64,000 bases of DNA, from the NCBI RefSeq assembly GCF_006345805.1, contig NC_043000.1, positions 106,454,001-106,518,000 on the forward strand, in the 5' to 3' direction. Numbering within the stretch: the stretch's first letter is position 1; each line of letters opens with the position of its first letter. Made by a program: the position numbers and the translations under genes. The DNA is from Octopus sinensis (Eukaryota). The notes under the pieces were generated by a model. The model was given only the letters and a program-made list of their open reading frames with translations. It did not search any database and had not been told where the DNA came from. Below, in pieces: positions 38,069 to 46,800 of this stretch.

Positions 38069-41000
38069 TATATAGTACTTGCATAGCTATATTATGTATA
38101 TTTATCAGTATGTATGTTTATTTGTATACGTGTGCCTGTGTACAAGACCTGTGACTCAGATGAGCTTTCTGTAGGTTTTTTGTTATTAGTAAACTTATAC
38201 ACTCTGCATAATTGTGCATCAAGTTCTTAGATACACATGCATATTTATATGTGTGTATGAATGTGAGTTGTGTGTGAACATACATGTAGGAGCGCATGTA
38301 TATATATATATATACATATAGATGAGCATTTGTGTACATTCATGTATGTATATATCTATGTATGAATGTATATGTATATTATAATCATCATGTATGAATT
38401 TACCTACTAATTTCGTGTTTCTTTTTATCCTCATTCTAGGTCCAGATCATATGACCATATTTGTGATGCCGCATCAAGAAGCATCTCTTGTTTCATGGTC
38501 TTTGAGTGAAAAAGCACCACAGTTGGCCAAAGTCCCTGAATATGCTGACCAAAGAGTTTATTTCATTTATTACTCCCATGCTGAAAAGCCTGCTGAGCCT
38601 TGGACGTTCAGTATGATATTTACTGTAAGTATCTTCATATTCAGAATACTTTCTGGTTTCTTGCTTTTATTCAACTCCAGTTCAGTACTGACTCAGTAGA
38701 TCTGTGATAAAAGTAATTCCTGCAGGATGTTTACAGCCTGCTTTTAAAATATTTTTTACATATAAGTGCATGTTTGGCTACGTGGTAAGAAGCTTGCTTC
38801 CAAACCACATGATTCTGGGTTGTGTTCCACTGCATGGCACCTTGGGTTATATGTGTTCTACTCTAGCCTCAGGCTAACCACAGCTTTGTGAATAGATTTG
38901 GTAGAAGAAAACTGAAAGAAGCTCATTCATCATCATCTGATGTCTTTTCCATACTGGCATGGGTTCGATGGCTCGACAGGAACTGGGAGGCCAAGCTGCA
39001 CCAGATTCCATAGTCTGTTTTGGTTTGGTTTCTATGACTGGATGTCCTTCCTAGTACCAACCACTCCACAGACTGTACTGGGTGTTTTTTATGTGGTTCC
39101 ATCATAGGTGTGTTTTAAGTGACACCAGCACCAGTGCTATTACATGGAAACTTGGTTTTAGGATCTCAATTTTGTTATAGTAGGTGAGTCTTCTTGAGTA
39201 CAGCAGTGCGCCACATATCTCAGTCCTCTGTCATCTCCTTTGTAAGATTCAGCATTTTCTGATCAGCCTTCAAAGCTTCGTCCCATGTCTTTCTGGGTCT
39301 TCCTCTTCCACAACTTCCTTCCACTTTAAGTGATCAGCGCTTCTTTATGCAACTGTCCTCATCTATCTACATTATATGATCAAACCAGTCCATCCTCCTC
39401 TCTTGCACACTGCATGTAATTTCTATATACATGGTCTGATCAATAAGTATCTGGATTGTTGCCATAGTAATGAAACTAAAGTATGCAGACTGAAGCTGCT
39501 TGGCATAGATTGACCTTGAACTCTGCTGTGCATGTGTACTAAGTTTTAATGTTCTTGCTCAGCTGTTTATAGCAGTGCTTGGAAGGAAGGTGTGTAGTGT
39601 GTGATCGTCACATTGACCATGACAGAGAAATGTCAAAAGCTTGGCGATACCTGCTCAAAGGCCTATGCAAAGTTTTCAAAAGGTTTTCATTGTTCTCGAC
39701 ACAATCAAGGAGATCTTGTACAACTGAAACCCGAGTGTCATTTTGGTCAGCTGAAAGCAGTTTTGGCACAAACTTGGCAGACATGCGTCTCATACCCAAA
39801 CTTTGGACTGAACTGAACCGTAACTAATATGTACATTTTCTGATAACTCTCAGATAGTGATTCGACGATTTCCCCTCACAGCTGCATGTACATCTGCGAT
39901 GTTTTTCTCAGTTCTGTTGGTTGCAGGTCTCACAGAATTTTTGTCACTATTGACATTTTTTCAGCCATCTTGGAAACGTCTGAACCACTTGTACACTTGT
40001 ATGTGACTCATACACTCCTCTCCATACACTTTCTGCAATTTTGTGTAAGCCTCTGAGCAGGTATTGCCACAACATCTTTGTCATGGTCAGTGATCACATG
40101 CTACACACCTTCCTTCTAAGCACTGCTGTAAACAGTGGAAGTGAGCTAGAACGTTAAAACTTAGTGCATATGCACAGCAGAGTTCATGGTCAATCTTTGC
40201 CAAGTGGCTTCACTCTGCATGCTTTAGCTTCATTACTATGGTAACAATCCAGATACTTATTGACCAGACCTCATAATTCCCATTGTATACATGTGTGTGT
40301 GTCTTTCTCTTTGTGTCTGTGTTTGTCCCTCATCACTGGTTGACAGCTGGTGTTGGTGAGTTTACATCCCTGTAACTTAGCAGTTCAACAAAAGAAACTG
40401 ATATAATAAATACTAGGCTTAGTAAAAAGAAAAGTACCGGGGTTGATTCATTTGTCTAAAAATCCTTCAAGGTAGTGCCCAAGCATGGCCACAGTCTAAA
40501 AATGATAAAAGATAAAGGTTGTGCTGGTGTCCTGTTACAAGGCCTCTGAGACTAGTGCTAGGGAGGGAAGAAGGTATTGTCAAACTAGGCACCTGGCTGA
40601 AATGCTTGCAATGCCAATTCCTTGTGTTTTATCTGTCTGTTTAATTGTGTGTTGTATTTGTGTGTGTGATTATGTCTATCTGTGTGTCATTGCATTGACA
40701 ATATTCAGTTAGTGATAATGATGATGATAACTATGATATTCATGTTCCAGTTTGTGTGAAGCTATGAAATAAAGTTTCTTAATTGCAAATAGGTGAGGGT
40801 CAGTATCAGGAAGGACATGATGGAAAAAAAAAATGGACATAAAAATGTCCAAAAGCTTATGAATGGATTTGGTAGACAGAAAGTGAAAGAAGCCTGTTGT
40901 GTCTGTGTATATGTATAAATATGTGTATGCATTTGTGTTTGTGTGTTTATGTTTCTTCGTCTTGACATTGTGTGATAGTTGTAAACGAGTGTCACTGTCA

Positions 41001-43392
41001 TACAAGCAGTGTCATTCATTTTCAATATTCTATGGAAACATGTCTGTCCATGGAGAAATACTGCCTTGCTTGGAAACAGATGAGTGCTGGTGACAGGAAG
41101 GGCATCCGGCTGTAGAAAATCCATTTCAGTAAACTTTGTGTGACCTTGGTAAAATGGACATTAAAATGATGATGGCAATGTCATCCATGCACGAGTGTAA
41201 CAGGAGTTTTAGATACCCTTTGAAGTGTGCAAGTGTGCGACAGTTCACAGTTTGACAACAACTGAAATAAAGGTTTGCTTGCAGTGTTTGGTAATGCCAA
41301 CCTGCCTAAGAATATCTTTGGTTCTAGAATACAAACTTACTGTTTTAAAGTGATCTAAATTAAAATTTCTATCAAAACTTTGTAAATTTATTTTACAAAT
41401 TAATTTTACAAATTTATTTTACAAATTAGTATTTTACAAATACTAGTTAAATAATAACAGTTATTTCACTAAATTTGCCATTATTTTAAAAATTAACTGA
41501 AACAAAGGCCGTATATTACAACAGAAATATAGTAATGAAAGGGTTGATGGGGGTAATCAAACTGAAAAGAAGCAATTATGTGACTGTAAGTAGTTTGATG
41601 TACCTAAGTTGTAATCAGCAGCTCTGCAGAGAAGATTTATTTAGACATTAAATTATTCAGAGATGCCATTTGCTTGAAAAGCAATAGTCAAGTTATTGTT
41701 AACATATTTAATAAATGAGTATTATAGAACTAAATAGAAATAAATATACAGTAACGAAAAATCATTCAATAACTAATATTATATAATTTTATTAGCAAGT
41801 ATTGGAAAAAAAAAAGGGAAATGCTTTAGGTTTATTCTATCTTCTTAGAGTATAGGATAATATTTACTGAAGTAGAAGTTAAAAAAAAAAAAAAATTAGT
41901 GATAAACTGCAAGTCAGCTCATATTTGAAACTTCCTATAATCAATGGTATCCCAGCCATGATCATCTTGTGTTTTATTCAGACATAGTGTATCTAGGATT
42001 ACATTATGTTATGTGTTCAGCTGAAAAAAAAAAAAAAAAGGAACTCATTGGCAGGATCATTAGAATGTCAGATAAGAAGTCTTGTAGTATTTGTTTCGGC
42101 TCTTTACATCCTGAGTTCAAACCCCACTGAGGTTGAATTTGCCTTTCGTTCTTTTGGGGCTTATAAAATAAAGTACAAGTTGAGTAACTGACTTGCCCCT
42201 CCCTTCAAAACTGCTGGTTGTGTGCCGAAGTTTGAAACCATTATAAGGTGGCGAGCATATCAGACAAAAATTTTTAGCAGTATTTCTTCTGGCTTTTAAC
42301 ATGCGGATTTCAGATTCTGCTGAGGTTGAATTTTCCAGAGCCTTTGCCTTTCATCCTTTCAGGGTTGATAAATCAAAGTAGCAGTCAAGTACTGGGGTTG
42401 ATGTAATCAACATGCTCCCCCTTCTAAAATTGCTGGCCTTGTGCCAAAATTTGAAGCCCACTGAGGTTTGCATTGCTTTCTGTTCTTTTGGGATTGATAA
42501 AATAGGTACCAGTTGAGCACCAGTGGGGGTGGTTGATGTCCCTCCCCTCAAAACTGCTGGTTGTGTGCCGAAGTTTGAAGTCAAGTACTGGGGTTGATGT
42601 AATCAACATGCTCCCCCTTCTAAAACTGCTGGCCTTGTGCCAAAATTTGAAGCCCACTGAGGTTTGCATTGCCTTCCATTCTTTTGGGATTGATAAAATA
42701 GGTACCAGTTGAGCACTAGTGGGAGTGGTTGATGTAATTAACTTCCACCTCCCCTAAAGATTGCTGGCCTTGTGCCAAAAATTAGAAAGAATTATTAGTA
42801 CTATTTTCAATGCTGTTAGATGTCAATCAACAACACCACCAACCTTTCCATCATCATCATCATCATCATCATTGCAACATCATCTGTGCTATTTTAAGGG
42901 TTCTCATTGGAATTTGTAAGATTTTCCACTTACCTTGTTCTGTGGTGAGATGGAACAAAGAAGAAGAAAAACTAATATCATAACAACAATGACAGCAACA
43001 AACAACTAAAACAACAACAACAATAATAGTAACAAAATACTAAACAAACAAAGTCAGACCCAAAAAGAAATGATGTCATCACCAAACATTGTTAATGATT
43101 AACAGAAAACATTTGTCTGTTGTTGCTGGTATCGTTGCTGTTGTTGTTGTATGTATATATTGTGTCTGGCTGTTCAAAAGCTTGTGGTTTGTTTCCTAGT
43201 GTTGTTAGTACAGTGTGCTCCTACTAGCAACACTAACACATAATGTAGTGAAAGTATATTTATCAAGCAAACCACAGTCTACGTAAACAAATGTCAGCTG
43301 TGAAGCTCTGGCTGGTAATAATGTGATTTCACTTTTTTTTTAACCACTGAACTGCCTTCATCATTTAGTGTTTATATATATATATATATGTT

Positions 43393-43468
<76 letters not shown>

Positions 43469-43553
43469 ATATATATACCTATATATATATATATATACCT
43501 ATATCTGCATATATATATATGTGTGTGTGTATGTATGTGTGTGTGTGTATGTA

Positions 43554-43609
<56 letters not shown>

Positions 43610-43832
43610 TCTAATTATATGTAAAAGAAAGATCCAAGAATCAAGGTGTAGGAAGTTAGTAAGCTTTGAGCAGTCTCTAGAAGGTATGAAAAACAACTTT
43701 CAAGGACAATAGTGGTTTATTGATGTAGAATGTTGTAAATTTTCCCCATATTGAAGTTCGATAAACTGAAAAAAGTTATTTTATAGTTCACAGTTTGCAA
43801 CAGGGGTTGCTGTGTATGCAAATAAAAATGTG

Positions 43833-43874
<42 letters not shown>

Positions 43875-46800
43875 ACTACATGTGTGGAAAATCTGTGTGT
43901 TTGTTTGTGGCGTTGTTATCTAACTCCTCCTACATCATTTTATTGATTTTGATGAAACTTGACATGTGAGTAGAACTTATGTCTGGAAACCTTGTGACAT
44001 ACTTAGATTGGTGAAAAAAATCGATAATAGGGCTCCTCCAATGGATCCTTCTAATTACTACATATTACTAATATTTTATTTAAACAGCCCAAGGGAAATA
44101 ACCCATACCACCTGCAGTTTTTAGCGAAGCAATCAATATTTGATTCTTACGATCAGCCGACCTAGTTCTATGTTTCACTACTCATAGTTTTGAACTGCTA
44201 AACATTATTATTGCACTTCTTTGATTTGAATCTTAAACATTAAAGACTTCATTCATACATTTCTATACATACATACTTTTTTGAATGCCCATTACTCTGA
44301 TAATTCTGCATTTTTTCCATGACAGTAGATAAACTTTTTATTCCACAACGTATTTGTAGTGGCTTCATGCAAACATAGTGTGGATTTGATCCTCGAATGT
44401 CAAATTTCACTTAACAGCGATTTCTCATAGTAAAACAATAGTCTTTCTGTGAATGACAGCAGTTATACATTTCCCAGATGCCTTCGCTAAGCAGCATAAT
44501 GTCTTTGCTGCTTGACCCTTCTAACCTCTTCTAGGACGCCAATGGCTCCAATGAAATCATTTGTTCTCAACAATATGTCTATCCTTCTGGTTGATTTTTG
44601 ATAGTTATAAAAACAAGAACTCTGTAAGCTAAAGGCAGTTACTGAGAGTGACTATCAATGAGTGTGAACGTTACTATTGCACTTTCTTCAAACACTTCAT
44701 TCAAATATTTATATAACCTCTCTCACCAATCTCCGAAAACCTCTCTCGCCAACCTCCAACAATTTCTCCCTCCTCCTGCTGACAGTTTTTTGTACACTTT
44801 TGTGATGGAAAATACACCGTTTGTGGCAGTTGTAATGAAATTACTTTCTTATATCAGAGTAATAAGGCGTTTCAATAGAACATCTTTACCCCCGGGAATT
44901 ACTGGGTAGACCAGCTAGTATATATATATATATATATATCATCATTATTATCATTGTCGTTTAATGTCTGCTTTCCATGTAGGCATTGGTTGGATGGTTT
45001 GACTGTGGACTGGCATGCCAGAAGGCTGCACCAGGCTCCAATTCGATCTGGCAAAGTTTGTACAGTTGGATGCCCTTCCTAATGCCATATGATATATATC
45101 ATTTCATATTATATCATTATCATCATCATCTTCATATTTATTATTTTGAAACAAGAATTCTGTTGACAGTGACTTCAAAGTGACTTCAAAAACAATTAAC
45201 TGATCATTACCATTCATCATGCTTGTATGGGTTGGACAGTGTTTAATTGAAGCAGAGTTTCTATGGCTGTTGTCAAATCTTACCTGTTTCCAAGCAAGGC
45301 GTTAATATTTCCCCATGGCCAGACATGTTCTTGCAGAATATTGGAAATAAACGATACACCTTGTTTGACAATCATGCTCATTTATATCTCTCAAGACAAG
45401 GAAAGATGAACAGACGGACAGGCAGCATTAAATGAAGATATAACTTTGAATGGATCTTCTCTAGCATATCATTTCACTACTTTCTGTCCCTCATCCTTAT
45501 TCTTTCCCTACTGAATCAACTAACTGCATCACCAATATCATTTTCCAGCCCGCATTTTATTTTTCTTCCCAAGCTGGCATGGATCAGACATGTCTTTTCA
45601 AACTTCACTGCCTGCTGCAGTCTTTCAACATCTGGCACACACAGCAACAGTGATAGATCATGTTGTGTATGTTGATATTTTGGCATGGTTTCCATTGCTG
45701 AATACCCTTTTCATCACCAACCACTGTACAGCATGGACTGGGTATATTATATTTTGCTACCAGCACTAGAGAAGTTGTTCCCTACACTGTCTTTTTTCCT
45801 TTTTTCTTGTCTTTTTTTTTCTTTTGGCAAAGCTTTCACAGTTTTGAAAGTGCATGAGCTAGTGTTGCACTCACAATCATAAAATCATCATTTCACTTTC
45901 CAGACTGGGTGGTGCATTGTGTTCTTGAGCAAAACACTCCTTGTGTGTGTGTATCCTTGAACATCACATGATTGTTTTGTTACTGTTGTTCAGGCAGTCT
46001 CAATCATTTCAAATATTCTCCAAGAACATGTCTGGCCATGGGGAAATATGTTTCCTTGGTAATATCTCCTTAAAAACAGGTAAGGATTGGCAACAGGAAG
46101 GGCATCCCCTTGTAGAAAATCTGCCTCAATAAACTCTGTCCAACCCTTGCAAGCATGGAAAAGCAGACAGCGTCAATCCACTTAGCTGCAAGGCCTCTCA
46201 TTTAGGGAGAATACTGAAATCTCAGACGCTTAGATGCCATGGAAACTGGGTAACCAGCTGTAATGAGTCAGAGACCTCAAGGTAGTACTTAATTATTTTC
46301 ACAGCTGGATAGTCTTCCTGATGCAGACCACTTTAGAGGCTGCGTACTTTTTTTGTTTTTTAAAGCATTCGCTTGTTACAAGGTCCTTGGACCACTGAAA
46401 ATGTAAGAGTTACTAGAATAAAATGGACGCTAGAAAGAAGTCAATAGGTGACGAGGTACATTAGACTTAAAAGACTGGAGGTCATATAGAAGAGGAAAAC
46501 AAAACTGTGGGAAGGAATTCCAAAGTTCAGAGGTGCGAAGGAAGAAACTGGTACTGTAAAGTGCTTTATGACACTTAGGAGGTTGCACAGTATACTGGTG
46601 AGCACTGGATGCAAGTCTTATTGATAGCTGATAAGTTCTTGAAGGAGAAACCAGAGAAAAGAGCTCAGCTGAACAATGTCCATGAAAATACATATGAAAA
46701 AGAGACAAGGAAGTGACACAACGACAATGCATTTTATCATACGACCAATGAAACTAGCAAAATTACCTTCAATGAAACCAAAGAGTTACCTCTAGTCCCC

